From contig JAWAKK010000003.1 in NCBI GenBank assembly GCA_038887515.1, forward strand, positions 1 through 64,000: a DNA stretch of 64,000 bases, written 5' to 3'. Under the pieces are notes generated by a model. That model saw nothing but the letters and a program-made list of their open reading frames with translations. It made no database searches and had not been told where the DNA came from. This stretch comes from Candidatus Nezhaarchaeales archaeon. Its GTDB lineage: Archaea > Thermoproteota > Methanomethylicia > Nezhaarchaeales > WYZ-LMO8. The position numbers and the translations under genes are program-made. Shown one piece after another: positions 48,055-58,850 of the stretch. Numbering within the stretch: position 1 is the first letter of the stretch; every line of letters begins with the position of its first letter.

Positions 48055-49686
48055 TCACTTAATTTTAGTGAAGAGTGGCTTAGGCGCAGGAATCTCCTTG
48101 CCAGGTTCTATAGGCCTTATAGCCTCTTCCCATTTCTCGCCGTGAACGCTAGTAGCGTATCCAAGGCTTCTCCAAAGTTCATCAGCAACGTTCGGTGTGA
48201 AGGGGGCAAGCATTACCGCTAAAGACTTTATTGCATTTAAACAAACGTAAATGCTCGTTGAAACCTCTTTCATCCTACCCCTCCGTAGTGCATCCCATGG
48301 GGCCTTCTCATTCAAGTACCTATTACCTTCTCTAGCTAGGTCTATGATCTCTTGTAAAGCATCTTTTATTTTGAAGTTGTCTAGGTTTGACGTACAACGT
48401 TGGAACTTCTCTAAGACCACGTTCCATAGTTCTTCGAGTACCCAGTCGCTCATTGGACTTGGAACCCTTGAGTTTAAAGCTCTTGATGTGAAGGTCAATA
48501 CCCTATAGATGAAGTTTCCAAGAGTATCGTTAAGATGAGAGTTTACAAGCTCTCTAAAGAGCGCCCACGTGAAGCTGATATCTTTTCCTTCGGGTCTCAA
48601 GTATAGCAAAACGTATCTCCAATAGTCTACCGGGCACATTTCTAAGGCTTCGTCAATCCACACGCCTATACGCCTACTCTTCGAGAACTTATGGCCTTCA
48701 AAGAGCAGGTACTCGGTGGCTGAGACACCCCATGGGAGGACGTAGCCCTCCCCTGACGCCATGATGAGGGCTGGCAATATTAGCGTGTGAAACGGTATAT
48801 TGTCCTTACCTATGAAGCAAAGGAACCTCGTGTCACTATCGAACCAATAATCCTTCCATTTATCTGGCTCTCCCTTCTTCGCGAAAAGCTCTATCGTAGC
48901 TGATATGTAGCCAAGAACTGCTTCCATCCATACGTAGATGGTCTTATCTTCAGCGCCAGGGAAAGGAGCTGGTATGCCCCACTTGTTGTCTCTTGTCACT
49001 GATCTGGGCTTTAATCCTTCCTTAAGCAAACTCAAGCTAGCATTTCTAGCATTCTCCGTCAAGAAGGGCATTTTATCTATGAAGTCCTTCAGTTTGGTCT
49101 CAAGTTTTGGTAGGTCGAAGAACCAATGCTTCGTCTTCTTAAATTGAGGGGTGGAGCCGCAAATTGTGCACCTCAACCTAGTTAGCATGTGGGGTTCGAG
49201 GAGACTACCACATTGATCGCATTGGTCCCCTCTTGCATCCTCGAAGCCGCAGTGCGGGCATCCTCCCGACACAAACCTATCAGGTAAGAATATTTGGCAA
49301 TTAGGGCAGAAGGGTAGTTCCACTTCCTCTTCGTAGATGTAGCCCCTCTCGTACACCTTCATGTAAAAGGACTTTACGAACTCCTTGTGGTACAGGCTCT
49401 CAGTTCTAGAATAGTTATCAAAAGATATGTTCCATCTCTCGAATAACTTAGCTATCTTCGAATGATTCTCGTCGCACAACGTCTTTGGGTGGACGCCCCT
49501 TTTTAGCGCCTCCACCTCTATTGGTGTTCCATGCTCGTCAGACCCGCTCACGAAGAGAACGTCTTCGCCCTTCATCCTCAAGTACCGTGCTATAACGTCG
49601 GCTGATAGCGCGGAACCTATCATGGTACCTAAGTGTGGCACGTAATTAACGTAAGGCCAAGCACATGTTACTATCCACTTAGCCAC
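48055..49686 (-). CDS. metG: Methionyl-tRNA synthetase, short form
   Basis: PYVN..PHLG, SDEHG, Zn knuckles, GKDNIPFH, KFSKS. Confidence 0.95.
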   Translation of the reverse strand: MAKWIVTCAWPYVNYVPHLGTMIGSALSADVIARYLRMKGEDVLFVSGSDEHGTPIEVEALKRGVHPKTLCDENHSKIAKLFERWNISFDNYSRTESLYHKEFVKSFYMKVYERGYIYEEEVELPFCPNCQIFLPDRFVSGGCPHCGFEDARGDQCDQCGSLLEPHMLTRLRCTICGSTPQFKKTKHWFFDLPKLETKLKDFIDKMPFLTENARNASLSLLKEGLKPRSVTRDNKWGIPAPFPGAEDKTIYVWMEAVLGYISATIELFAKKGEPDKWKDYWFDSDTRFLCFIGKDNIPFHTLILPALIMASGEGYVLPWGVSATEYLLFEGHKFSKSRRIGVWIDEALEMCPVDYWRYVLLYLRPEGKDISFTWALFRELVNSHLNDTLGNFIYRVLTFTSRALNSRVPSPMSDWVLEELWNVVLEKFQRCTSNLDNFKIKDALQEIIDLAREGNRYLNEKAPWDALRRGRMKEVSTSIYVCLNAIKSLAVMLAPFTPNVADELWRSLGYATSVHGEKWEEAIRPIEPGKEIPAPKPLFTKIK

Positions 49687-50299
49687 TCTCTTCACCCTTC
49701 CCTTCTTCTTCGTCTCCAAGGTCTGAGGACTTCGGCTCCCAAAGAATGAACCCTTTCCTCTTTAACCTCCTCCTCATCGAGAAGAGGTATTTCCAAACCA
49801 CGCTGTGGGGGCTACCTGATATCAGCATTTCGATAGCTCTACGGGCAATCTCTACGTTTTCGAGCTTACCGGCTATAGCTACTGTGTGATCTGATATCGA
49901 TATAGCTGTACTAGTGAGCTCTTCTATTAATCTTCTAGCTTTGCCCTTCTCCCCTATGAGCCTACCCTTAACGCGAACCAAGTTGTTCCTAGAATCGCCT
50001 AAGATCTGCTTTAAGTCTATCACGTGAAGAGCTGCATCTTCCTCACTGAAGATCTTCAAGGCTTTTTCGGGGTTTATACCGTGGCCTATCGCTTGAACTA
50101 TGTTTTTGACAGTCAATATATTGGCGGGATCTGAGGTCTCTAAAAGTCCTATGCCTACCCTTCCCGTAGAACTTTCAACTTCAAGCTTAACGCCATAAGT
50201 CTCCTCTATTTCCCTCTTAGTGCTCCCCCCTCTGCCCAAGAGGGCGCCAATTCTCTCAATTGGTATTTGAACGTAGTCTCTGTAGATTATGGTGGACAA
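49679..50299 (-). CDS. KH-domain pre-rRNA processing protein (Dim2/Pno1)
   Basis: RIGALLG.GG, AIGHG, RVKGRLIG, GSPH. Confidence 0.88.
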   Translation of the reverse strand: MSTIIYRDYVQIPIERIGALLGRGGSTKREIEETYGVKLEVESSTGRVGIGLLETSDPANILTVKNIVQAIGHGINPEKALKIFSEEDAALHVIDLKQILGDSRNNLVRVKGRLIGEKGKARRLIEELTSTAISISDHTVAIAGKLENVEIARRAIEMLISGSPHSVVWKYLFSMRRRLKRKGFILWEPKSSDLGDEEEGKGEESG

Positions 50300-50387
50300 T
50301 TGTTATCACCAGTTCATCCACTTAAGCTAATACATAATCAATGAAAGGTTATATATAAGCAAGACCCTTCAAATAGCTTGATATATA

Positions 50388-51146
50388 TTGGTCGAGGACT
50401 GGATAGAGGAAGAAGTTCCTAGGAAAGAGGAAAAGAGGAGAAAGGACGAAGACTTGCTGAAAACCGTTGAAGAGGTTTTCGACACATTAACTCTAGAAGC
50501 ACTCTATAAACTTATAAATAAAAAAGTCATAGACGTCCTTTACGGCGTTGTTGATACCGGAAAGGAGTCTAGGGTATACTGGGCTAAATCTCCAAATAGA
50601 GAAGATTTAGCGGTTAAGATATTCCTGACGTCTAGTAGGGAATTCAAGAAAACTATTTTACAGTACATTGAAGGAGATCCCCGATTTAAAAAGATTAAGA
50701 GGGCCACGAGACCATTGATATATAGCTGGGCTCTAAAGGAATTTAAGAACCTAAAAAAAGCCTATGAAGCCGGCGTCAGCGTCCCAAAACCTATAGCAGT
50801 GTATAGAAACGTGCTAGTAATGACGTTCATAGGCGAGGACGGCGTCCCAGCTCCACTACTTAAAGATGCAGAGGTCAACGACTATGAAAGTATTTTCAGA
50901 AAGATCGTAGAAAACATGAAAATCCTATACCGTTATGCCAGGATAATTCACGCGGATATGAGCGAGTACAACATTATGGTCTGGAGAGACGAGCCCGTAT
51001 TCTTCGATTTCGGTCAAGCCATTGTAACCGATCATCCAAACGCTTACGTATTCCTTGAAAGAGACGTAAAAAACGTAGTAAATTTCTTCAGAAAGAAGGG
51101 GATAAAGATTGACGTAAAGGACGTGCTACTAGAAATAACGGGTTAA
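50388..51146 (+). CDS. rio1: Rio1 kinase
   Basis: TGKESRVY, AVKIF, KEFKNL, IHADMSEYN, DFGQA. Confidence 0.93.
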   Translation: MVEDWIEEEVPRKEEKRRKDEDLLKTVEEVFDTLTLEALYKLINKKVIDVLYGVVDTGKESRVYWAKSPNREDLAVKIFLTSSREFKKTILQYIEGDPRFKKIKRATRPLIYSWALKEFKNLKKAYEAGVSVPKPIAVYRNVLVMTFIGEDGVPAPLLKDAEVNDYESIFRKIVENMKILYRYARIIHADMSEYNIMVWRDEPVFFDFGQAIVTDHPNAYVFLERDVKNVVNFFRKKGIKIDVKDVLLEITG

Positions 51147-51156
51147 GTTAAGCCGA

Positions 51157-51459
51157 TTAAGCCTCTTCGATTAAGCCTCCCAATAATCCTTTTTGCTTTA
51201 ACTCTTCAACCTCATCCTTTGTATATCTCCACAACAAGTCGCCCCTATTAGCTTGAAAATTCCAGGGGGCAACTAGAACATAGTCTCCTTCCTTGAACCA
51301 TAACCTCTTCCTTAACTTACCTGGTATCCTACACTGCAAAGTTCTCCCATCGGCCGTCTTTACCTCAACTCTATCATTCCCTAACAGCTTCTTTATAATG
51401 CCCACAACCTCTCCTTCAGCCGGAAGGCGTAACTCTCTCCTTTCCTCTTTCTGTTTCAA
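51157..51459 (-). CDS. eif1a: Translation initiation factor aIF-1A
   Basis: LLGNDR, RIPGKLRKR.W, VAPW.FQ..RGD. Confidence 0.93.
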   Translation of the reverse strand: MKQKEERRELRLPAEGEVVGIIKKLLGNDRVEVKTADGRTLQCRIPGKLRKRLWFKEGDYVLVAPWNFQANRGDLLWRYTKDEVEELKQKGLLGGLIEEA

Positions 51460-51494
51460 GGCTATCCAAAGTGAGTAGGCAGAGGTATCAGCTA

Positions 51495-52262
51495 TTAAGC
51501 GTTTCGAAATCTAAGAAGTATTGTTAGCTTTCGGAGAGGTTTACCCCTACTTTTATCCCAACCCGAATCCTTGTAGGACTCTTTAACCTTAACACCAAAG
51601 CTCTTTTTGACGATGTTGGCTATTTTTCGCGCAAGGTCGGTTGAAGGCAGTTTTACGTCCACTCCACCGTCAACTTCTTCCCATATAGCGCTAGTTCGTA
51701 TATTGTGCGAGCCGCCAGACCTTTCGACTATGACTCTATTTACGATTGCTTTTATCTGCTCCAGCTCTTTACTACTAAAGCCCCTCAACTGTATGGTAGC
51801 TTCGAAGCTCTTGCCTACCATTTTTAAGCATACAGGACAAATCGAGAAGCGGGGTTTAACCTCTAAGCTCCTCGACTCCTCTATGGACTCAAGGGATGGG
51901 TGAACTTTCTCCCTAAAGTTGATGATTAACGTTATTCGCTCGCCTGAAAGGATCTTGTAGACTTCTTGAGACGTGAGGGTAAGTGATGTTTCTAATTTAC
52001 ACGCTCTTTCGACCTCGCTTTTTATGACGTATATGAACTTTTCGATAACTTCCTCTTCAGACGACAAGTCGAGCGGTAGCCATAGACCCTTAAACTTTAC
52101 AGAAAGACACTTCCTGCACAACGTCAAAGACACTTCACGTAAAGATATGTCCGCCTTGTATACCTCCAAGTAGCATCTAGAGCATAGGTTTCTCAACTTT
52201 GCAGTCTCGAAGAAACCTATTTTGGCACCGCATCTCGCGCAAAACCTTTCCAAGAAGCTCAT
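51495..52262 (-). CDS. NMD3-family ribosome maturation protein
   Basis: FCxxCG, LCxxC, CPVC...FEATIQLR, GVDVK. Confidence 0.85.
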   Translation of the reverse strand: MSFLERFCARCGAKIGFFETAKLRNLCSRCYLEVYKADISLREVSLTLCRKCLSVKFKGLWLPLDLSSEEEVIEKFIYVIKSEVERACKLETSLTLTSQEVYKILSGERITLIINFREKVHPSLESIEESRSLEVKPRFSICPVCLKMVGKSFEATIQLRGFSSKELEQIKAIVNRVIVERSGGSHNIRTSAIWEEVDGGVDVKLPSTDLARKIANIVKKSFGVKVKESYKDSGWDKSRGKPLRKLTILLRFRNA

Positions 52263-52277
52263 ACCACCGTAAAATTG

Positions 52278-52604
52278 TCATACTATCTTTATCATTTGGG
52301 CATGCGGGATAGAGGCTACTACTACGACCGCATCTTTATGCACTAGCTTGCACCTAATAGCATACTTAACGCTGTTCTTACCTAGAAAGTTAGCTATGGA
52401 AGCCCTCTTAGCTATCTTCATAGCCTCCTTGACGTCCATCTTCTCTCCTCCGTAAAACCTTTCACTGACCTCTATTTTTACAGCTCCTTCCGAAAAGGTC
52501 TTACCTAGGAGGTCCTCATCACATATTGCTACAATCAAATCTTTCCCGTGCTGATGGACCTTTACGTACACCTCTATTCCCGAGTCTGGGTTAGAAGCTG
52601 ACAA
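52278..52604 (-). CDS. DUF424 family protein
   Basis: VAICDEDLLGK.F, FYGG, ANFLG, IPHAQ. Confidence 0.85.
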   Translation of the reverse strand: MSASNPDSGIEVYVKVHQHGKDLIVAICDEDLLGKTFSEGAVKIEVSERFYGGEKMDVKEAMKIAKRASIANFLGKNSVKYAIRCKLVHKDAVVVVASIPHAQMIKIV

Positions 52605-52605
52605 A

Positions 52606-53037
52606 TTAAGTCCCTCTTGCAGGGCTTATGGCACCGCAAGCGCTACACTGTATCATTAGAACTCTGCCTTCCTTGCGCAGTATCGTATCGACTCCCTTAC
52701 ATACTGGGCATATTATATAGAGCTTAGTGTATATCTCTATTAAACCGTCTATCTTGTCCTTGGTAAACCTACCGTGTAGGACTGCCCTAGTATCTTCAAT
52801 TGTACCTGCTGTTCCTAGCTCATGGAGTAAGAAGTTAAAGAATTGCTCCGGTTGCCTGTTCAAGGTTGAAACAATTTCCTTAAAGTTTTGTATTATAGTT
52901 CGGTTGCCCATAACAATTATTTTAGCTTCAGGTATCTGGAAGCGCCCGCCAGTCGAAGGCTTTGTTGGAACTTGGCTTAGAGCCCTCTCAAGTAATATCA
53001 AGTACTCCCTGAACTTATCGTCGTTAGTCCCAGACAT
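52606..53037 (-). CDS. eif2b: Translation initiation factor aIF-2 beta
   Basis: RFQIP, NF..I...LNR, ELGTAG, CPVC...CSACGA. Confidence 0.93.
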   Translation of the reverse strand: MSGTNDDKFREYLILLERALSQVPTKPSTGGRFQIPEAKIIVMGNRTIIQNFKEIVSTLNRQPEQFFNFLLHELGTAGTIEDTRAVLHGRFTKDKIDGLIEIYTKLYIICPVCKGVDTILRKEGRVLMIQCSACGAISPARGT

Positions 53038-53098
53038 TACTACTCTCCCCTAGTCCTCTGATTTAATTGCTGGATCAGAACTATAATATTTGTCAGGG

Positions 53099-54400
53099 CT
53101 AAGTCCCCACCTTCCAACTTTCAAGATAAGTCTTTTGCTCTTCTGTGAGGACGTCAATCTTGATGCCCATAGATTTCAGCTTTAGCTTAGCCACTTCGAT
53201 ATCTATTTCCTTGGGAACTGGGTACACGCAAGGAGCTAGGTCCTTGCCCCTCTTTGCTAAGTATTCTACTGAAAGCGCTTGATTCGCGAAAGACATGTCC
53301 ATAACCTCGCTTGGGTGGCCCTCCGCTGCAACAAGGTTCACAAGCCTACCTTCAGCTAGAAGGTATAACTTCTTACCATTAACTAAGACATGTTCCACCA
53401 CATTAGGCCTTATCTCCTTCTTCTCCCTCGTTATCGCTTCAAGGTCATTCAGGTTTATCTCGACATTAAAGTGCCCGCTATTAGCTAGTATCGCTCCATC
53501 TTTCATCTTGAGCATATGCTCTCCCCTTATGACGTTGGCGTCTCCCGTTACGGTTATGAAGATGTCTCCATGCTTGCAGGCCTCTGACATAGGCATAACG
53601 GTGAAACCGTCCATTACGGCTTCTAGGGCTTTTACGGGGTCTACCTCTGTAACGATAACGTGAGCCCCCATGCCTCGAGCCCTCATGGCTACACCTTTTC
53701 CACACCAACCGTATCCAGCTACTACGACAACTTTCCCAGCCATTAAAACGTTGGTCGCCCTAAGTACACCATCGATAGTACTTTGACCTGTACCGTACCT
53801 GTTGTCAAAGAGGAACTTCGTGTACGCGTCGTTGACTGCTACTATCGGATAAAGTAATTTACCTTCTCGCATGAGAGCTCTCAACCTCATAACTCCAGTC
53901 GTTGTTTCCTCCGTCCCCCCTATGACTTTGAACTTGGGTGCATGGCCGAGAACCCTCTTTACTACTTCAATTTCTTTCGACGTTTCTCCAAGGCTTAGCT
54001 TGTGAATCGTTGAAACCAAGTCAGCACCGTCGTCAATAGTTAGGTCGGGGTCCTTCGATAGAACGCTCCCTATAGCTTCATAGTAGCCTTCAAAGTCCAT
54101 GCCTCTCCAAGCATAGACACTCACTCCTATCGATGCTAGGTAGGCCGCTACTTCATCCTGCGTTGATAGCGGGTTGGATGCGCAGAGAGCAACCTTCGCT
54201 CCACCTTCAAGTAAAGTTTCGACAAGTATAGCCGTCTCTTTAGTTACATGTAAGCAAGCCCCTACAGTCAAGCCTTCTAGAGGTCTCTCTCGCCCAAACC
54301 GTCTCCTTATCTCTGCTAGAACTGGCATATGGTCTCTAGCCCACTCGACAAGAAGAGCCCCTTTATCTGCGAGAGAGGGATCCTTTACTCTGAAGGACAT
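53099..54400 (-). CDS. ahcY: Adenosylhomocysteinase
   Basis: [39 protein letters not shown]. Confidence 0.95.
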   Translation of the reverse strand: MSFRVKDPSLADKGALLVEWARDHMPVLAEIRRRFGRERPLEGLTVGACLHVTKETAILVETLLEGGAKVALCASNPLSTQDEVAAYLASIGVSVYAWRGMDFEGYYEAIGSVLSKDPDLTIDDGADLVSTIHKLSLGETSKEIEVVKRVLGHAPKFKVIGGTEETTTGVMRLRALMREGKLLYPIVAVNDAYTKFLFDNRYGTGQSTIDGVLRATNVLMAGKVVVVAGYGWCGKGVAMRARGMGAHVIVTEVDPVKALEAVMDGFTVMPMSEACKHGDIFITVTGDANVIRGEHMLKMKDGAILANSGHFNVEINLNDLEAITREKKEIRPNVVEHVLVNGKKLYLLAEGRLVNLVAAEGHPSEVMDMSFANQALSVEYLAKRGKDLAPCVYPVPKEIDIEVAKLKLKSMGIKIDVLTEEQKTYLESWKVGT

Positions 54401-55194
54401 TACACCAAGGCCTCCTTAAGAGCTTCGCCACACTTACAAGTCCGTTCAGCAGGTATTCGAGGTATTAACTCTACCAAAAGCTTCTTGGCTTTATCTACGT
54501 TCTCGGCCATAACCTTCGAGACCTCTTCAGCTGTAACGTGTTTAGGTGCCCAAACATCATAGTCTGTAACCAAGGTTATCGCTAAGTAGCATAGCTCTGC
54601 TTCTCGCGCGAGATTGACCTCCGGTACTAACGTCATTCCTATGACGTCAGCACCCCAGCTTTTAAATAGTCGCGACTCAGCCCTTGTAGAGAATCGAGGG
54701 CCTTCGATACATATGTAGGTCCCCTTCTCATGGAAGCTAAATTTTAGGTCTCGTAGAACGTTAATCGCTATCTCTCTTAACTGAGGGCAGAAGGGGTCAG
54801 CGAGAGATACGTGGCATACAAGACCACCATCGTAGAAAGTGTAGCTTCTACCCTTTGTATTGTCTATGAATTGGTCTATCACTACTATGTCGCCGGGCGC
54901 GTAATCCTCCCTTAGACTGCCAACAGCTGATACCGCTATAATCCTCTTCGCTCCAAGCTCTTTAAGCGCCCATATGTTCGCTCTGTAATTTATCTTGTGA
55001 GGAGGAATCTTATGCCCCCTTCCATGCCTTGGGATGAAGGCTATCTTCTTACCTCTAAATTCGCTGAGAAATACGGAATCTGATGTTGGACCATACGGCG
55101 TGTAGACCTTGACTTCTTGAGGTGATCCGAACATGAGGGGATCGTAAAGACCAGAACCTCCTATAATACCTATTTCAGCATTCCCTTCGAACAT
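54400..55194 (-). CDS. mtaP: 5'-methylthioadenosine phosphorylase
   Basis: [33 protein letters not shown]; start ATG 55194. Confidence 0.92.
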   Translation of the reverse strand: MFEGNAEIGIIGGSGLYDPLMFGSPQEVKVYTPYGPTSDSVFLSEFRGKKIAFIPRHGRGHKIPPHKINYRANIWALKELGAKRIIAVSAVGSLREDYAPGDIVVIDQFIDNTKGRSYTFYDGGLVCHVSLADPFCPQLREIAINVLRDLKFSFHEKGTYICIEGPRFSTRAESRLFKSWGADVIGMTLVPEVNLAREAELCYLAITLVTDYDVWAPKHVTAEEVSKVMAENVDKAKKLLVELIPRIPAERTCKCGEALKEALV

Positions 55195-55300
55195 ATCAAC
55201 CACTACACAACGTTTAGAGCTCGACTTAAAATCGCTTACGCATTTAAAAACGCTAAAACAAATAAGTCTTGAATTTAAGAAAAAATAGCGGGGTTGAAGT

Positions 55301-55969
55301 TTGCCGCAGAAAATGAAGGTCAAGGTGGTCACTTGGTTTGACGTTGTTGGCTGGTGTAAAGAGCTATCTAGGAAGATTAGAAGTAGCGGGTTTAAGCCAG
55401 ACATAATTGTAGCTATAGCAAGAGGAGGGTTCGCTCCAGCAAGGCTTCTATGCGATTACCTTGACGTTGTAGATTTACTTAGTATAAAGGTTGAGCACTG
55501 GATAGAGACTGGGAAGCACAAAGAGGAAGCCACGATAAAGTATCCCTTCAACTACGACCTTAGAGGCAAGAAGGTGCTACTAGTCGATGATATAGCTGAC
55601 ACGGGTAAGAGCATCATAGCAGCCAAGAAGCACATAATGGAAGTATGCAGGCCATCCGAATTAAGAGTTGCAGCTATGCAACTTATACCGACTACATCAG
55701 CTATAGTCCCTGATTATTATGTCGATGAAGTCAAGGAGTGGACGTGGTACATGTATCCATGGAATTACACCGAAGACATGGTCAACTTAACTATGAGAAT
55801 AGCGAAAGAGGAACCAAAAGAAGAGTGGAAACCCGAAACCTTAGCGTTAAAGTTCAAGGAGTGGTACGGAGCCGAGCTCCCTCTTGATGCATTTAGAGAA
55901 GTGCTTGAAGAGATGGTAATCAGGGGGAAGATGATAAAGACTAGCAATGAAGGCTTTAAGGTTGTATGA
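55301..55969 (+). CDS. Purine phosphoribosyltransferase
   Basis: [22 protein letters not shown] motif, YPW. Confidence 0.87.
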   Translation: MPQKMKVKVVTWFDVVGWCKELSRKIRSSGFKPDIIVAIARGGFAPARLLCDYLDVVDLLSIKVEHWIETGKHKEEATIKYPFNYDLRGKKVLLVDDIADTGKSIIAAKKHIMEVCRPSELRVAAMQLIPTTSAIVPDYYVDEVKEWTWYMYPWNYTEDMVNLTMRIAKEEPKEEWKPETLALKFKEWYGAELPLDAFREVLEEMVIRGKMIKTSNEGFKVV

Positions 55970-56006
55970 CGTAGAGAGCCATAATTCTATGCTACGCTGA
56001 GGCAGA

Positions 56007-56903
56007 TTAATTATGGCGTTGATTACAAGTCTTGAAGTATAGGTCCCTTCTATGAGCCTCCAACATTTCTATTGGCTTGCCTTCATACTCCGCTGCCGAA
56101 AGAACCTCTACGCCCTTATCCTCGGACTCCTTGAACACTTCTTCAACCTTCTTTTTATAGTCCAAGTCCCTCATTAAGTGGTGTTCGAGTATCATAATCT
56201 TTAAAGGCGTTTCGCATATTGCCTTAATTAAGTTACTTATAGACTTCCTTAGATCCTCGTAGGAGTACCGGTAGCCCAACATGTACGTCATGGGACCGTC
56301 GACTATCAATATATCTGCCCTCTCCCTCAATATTACGTTTAACTGGCTTTCGAGCGATGGACCCTCGACGTCTGACGTGAATAGCACTTTCTCATCACCA
56401 TCACTTACTGAAACCATAACGACGTAGCCCAACTTTGCGTTAGTGCCGTGGGGTACTGGTTCTGAAATCTTTATGATAGTGGAGCCTACTTTTATTTCCC
56501 TTCCGTCAGCGTACTCGTAGGAGCCACCTGATTCGCTTATCTTCGATAAAAAGTAGCTTGCCCTTCTCCTTTGACTAAAATTTATGTTTTGAGTTGGATG
56601 TTTAACGTAGACTATCTTATTGGCTAGCAAGTTAGCGGCGTTGGGCTCATGATGGTCGTAGTGGTAGTGGGTCACTATTACGTGTGTGCAATCCATAAGG
56701 TTATCCTCTATGACCTCCCACATTTCATTGAGCCTTTTTATCTCTAATGGGTGGGGCGGAAGACCGTAGCGGTAGGGTGCCAAAGCTATCCCGGGATCTA
56801 TCATTAATCTGACATCTCTGGTCTCTACAAGTGTCGCCATCGATCTTACTCCCATGCTATCGTATGCAAGCAACTTTATTTCCAACGATACATCACCTTG
56901 CAC
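56007..56903 (-). CDS. Metallo-beta-lactamase fold protein (UPF0282)
   Basis: DSMGVRSMA, THYHYDH, SDVEGP, EHHL.RD. Confidence 0.85.
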   Translation of the reverse strand: MQGDVSLEIKLLAYDSMGVRSMATLVETRDVRLMIDPGIALAPYRYGLPPHPLEIKRLNEMWEVIEDNLMDCTHVIVTHYHYDHHEPNAANLLANKIVYVKHPTQNINFSQRRRASYFLSKISESGGSYEYADGREIKVGSTIIKISEPVPHGTNAKLGYVVMVSVSDGDEKVLFTSDVEGPSLESQLNVILRERADILIVDGPMTYMLGYRYSYEDLRKSISNLIKAICETPLKIMILEHHLMRDLDYKKKVEEVFKESEDKGVEVLSAAEYEGKPIEMLEAHRRDLYFKTCNQRHN

Positions 56904-57071
56904 GGGGGCACGATTGCTTACATCAATATTAAGTAGAGATAGTTGTAGCTTTTAACCCCTATAAAAAGGAAGACCAATTGCGACCCCCTCACCGTTGCGA
57001 ACGTCGGAAGGCTAGGGGCATAACGCTTAATAACGTCATATTTCGAAGACACATTAAAGAAGGGGACACTA

Positions 57072-58850
57072 ATGGCTGGCTGGTGGTGTAAGGTTCTTCG
57101 AGTCGATCTAAGTAGAAACAAGGTTTTCGAAGAACGTTTGGAGCTTGACCTTTTAAAGCTGTTCCTTGGCGGTACGGGATTAGGAGCTTACTGGCTGTAC
57201 AAGCACTTAAAGCCCGGCGTAGAACCTTTGTCGGAAGAAAATATTGTAGTCCTAGCATCAGGTCCCCTGACTGGAAGCAGAGTTTATGGGACATCTAGGA
57301 TCGCTTTAATCTCCAAGTCGCCCCTAACATCAACTTTATTTGATTCTACTTGCGGAGGACTTTTCCCAATGTACTTCAAGAGATGCGGCTTTGACGCTGT
57401 AGTAATATATGGCTCGTCAAGGAAGCCCGTCTACATACATATACAAGATGATAAAGCAGAAGTTTTGTCGGCCCAAGATATATGGGGGATTAAGGTTACG
57501 GAGACAATCCAAGAGTTGCGGAAGAGACACGGCTTCAATTGTTCAGCCATAGCTATAGGTCCCGCCGGAGAAAATTTAGTTAGGATAGCTTCAGTCATGG
57601 GGGATAATGGACACGCCTTTGGTAGAGGAGGGCTTGGATCGGTTTTCGGATCTAAGAAGTTGAAGGCAATAGTGGCTAGCGGAACCAAGCCCATCGAAGA
57701 GGCTAAGAGCGAAGAACTAGAGATGCTCCTCGAAAATATGCGCGTTAGAATTACTTGGAATCCTTATCTAGGTAGAACCCTTAAGAGCATTGGAACTAAC
57801 GCTCTACTAACAGTGATAAATGAATGGGGTCTCTTGCCCACAATGAACTTCTCGAAAAACATGTTTGAGAAAGCCGATAAGCTATCTGGCGACGAACTCT
57901 TAAAAATGGTGGTCGGCAAGAAGGGGTGCTACAACTGTCCTATATCCTGCAAGAGGGTTACTAAAACCGATAAGATGAGTGGGGAGGGCCCAGAATATGA
58001 AAGCGTAGCTAACCTAGGTAGCATGCTCGGGGTCGACGATTTAAACGACGTTGCCGAAATGAACTATCTATGTAATGAACTTGGGCTTGACACGATTTCA
58101 ATGGGTGTTACACTTGCATGTTTCCTAGAGTTGATAGAGAAAGGAAGGATAGAGCTCGATTTAAAGTGGGGCGAGGCTGATAAACTGAAGGAATTAATAA
58201 TCGAGACGGCTTATAGGAGAGGTCACGGAGACGAGATAGCAGAAGGCTCTTTGAGGCTAGCTAAGAAGTATGGAGAAGAAAAGTTGTCTATGAGTGTGAA
58301 GGGGCTAGAAATACCAGCTTACGACCCTAGAGGAGCTTTCGGTATAGCACTTTCATATGCAACATCCTATCGAGGCGCTTGCCACTTGAGGAGCTGGACA
58401 ATAGCGTTTGAAATTATAGGCGTACCAAACCTAGTCGACAGGTTCTCTACTTTTGAAAAACCGGCCTTAGTTAAGTACACGCAAGACTTAGCTTCGGTCT
58501 ACGACAGCCTAGTTATGTGCAAACACTTCGCCATAGAATTTGACGAAGAACCCCTAAGCGCTATGTTAAGTGCCGTTACAGGAATCGATTTCCCTAAAGA
58601 GGAGCTTTTGAAAGTTGGCGAGAGGATATGGACTGTAGCCAGGCTTTTCAATTTGAGGGAAGGGTTTAGCTGCAAGGATGATACGCTACCTGAGAGACTT
58701 TTAACACCGTTGGATGGTGGTCCTTTGGCAGGCAAGGTGCCTCCAATTAACGATATGATCAAAGAGTATTACTCGGTAAGAGGATGGAGCCCTGAAGGGG
58801 TCCCCACTAAGGATTGTATAGTCAGGTTAGGCTTAGAAGGGGTCGTATGA
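57072..58850 (+). CDS. Tungsten aldehyde:ferredoxin oxidoreductase family
   Basis: KSPLT, IGPAGEN, GRGG.G.V.GSK.LKA, CxxCPISC, PEYE, DTIS, GACH. Confidence 0.9.
   Translation: MAGWWCKVLRVDLSRNKVFEERLELDLLKLFLGGTGLGAYWLYKHLKPGVEPLSEENIVVLASGPLTGSRVYGTSRIALISKSPLTSTLFDSTCGGLFPMYFKRCGFDAVVIYGSSRKPVYIHIQDDKAEVLSAQDIWGIKVTETIQELRKRHGFNCSAIAIGPAGENLVRIASVMGDNGHAFGRGGLGSVFGSKKLKAIVASGTKPIEEAKSEELEMLLENMRVRITWNPYLGRTLKSIGTNALLTVINEWGLLPTMNFSKNMFEKADKLSGDELLKMVVGKKGCYNCPISCKRVTKTDKMSGEGPEYESVANLGSMLGVDDLNDVAEMNYLCNELGLDTISMGVTLACFLELIEKGRIELDLKWGEADKLKELIIETAYRRGHGDEIAEGSLRLAKKYGEEKLSMSVKGLEIPAYDPRGAFGIALSYATSYRGACHLRSWTIAFEIIGVPNLVDRFSTFEKPALVKYTQDLASVYDSLVMCKHFAIEFDEEPLSAMLSAVTGIDFPKEELLKVGERIWTVARLFNLREGFSCKDDTLPERLLTPLDGGPLAGKVPPINDMIKEYYSVRGWSPEGVPTKDCIVRLGLEGVV

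Noticed and set aside
55947-56000. C/D-like boxes at the end of the phosphoribosyltransferase gene
   Set aside because: Spacer lengths are wrong and the rRNA complementarity is only 7 nt
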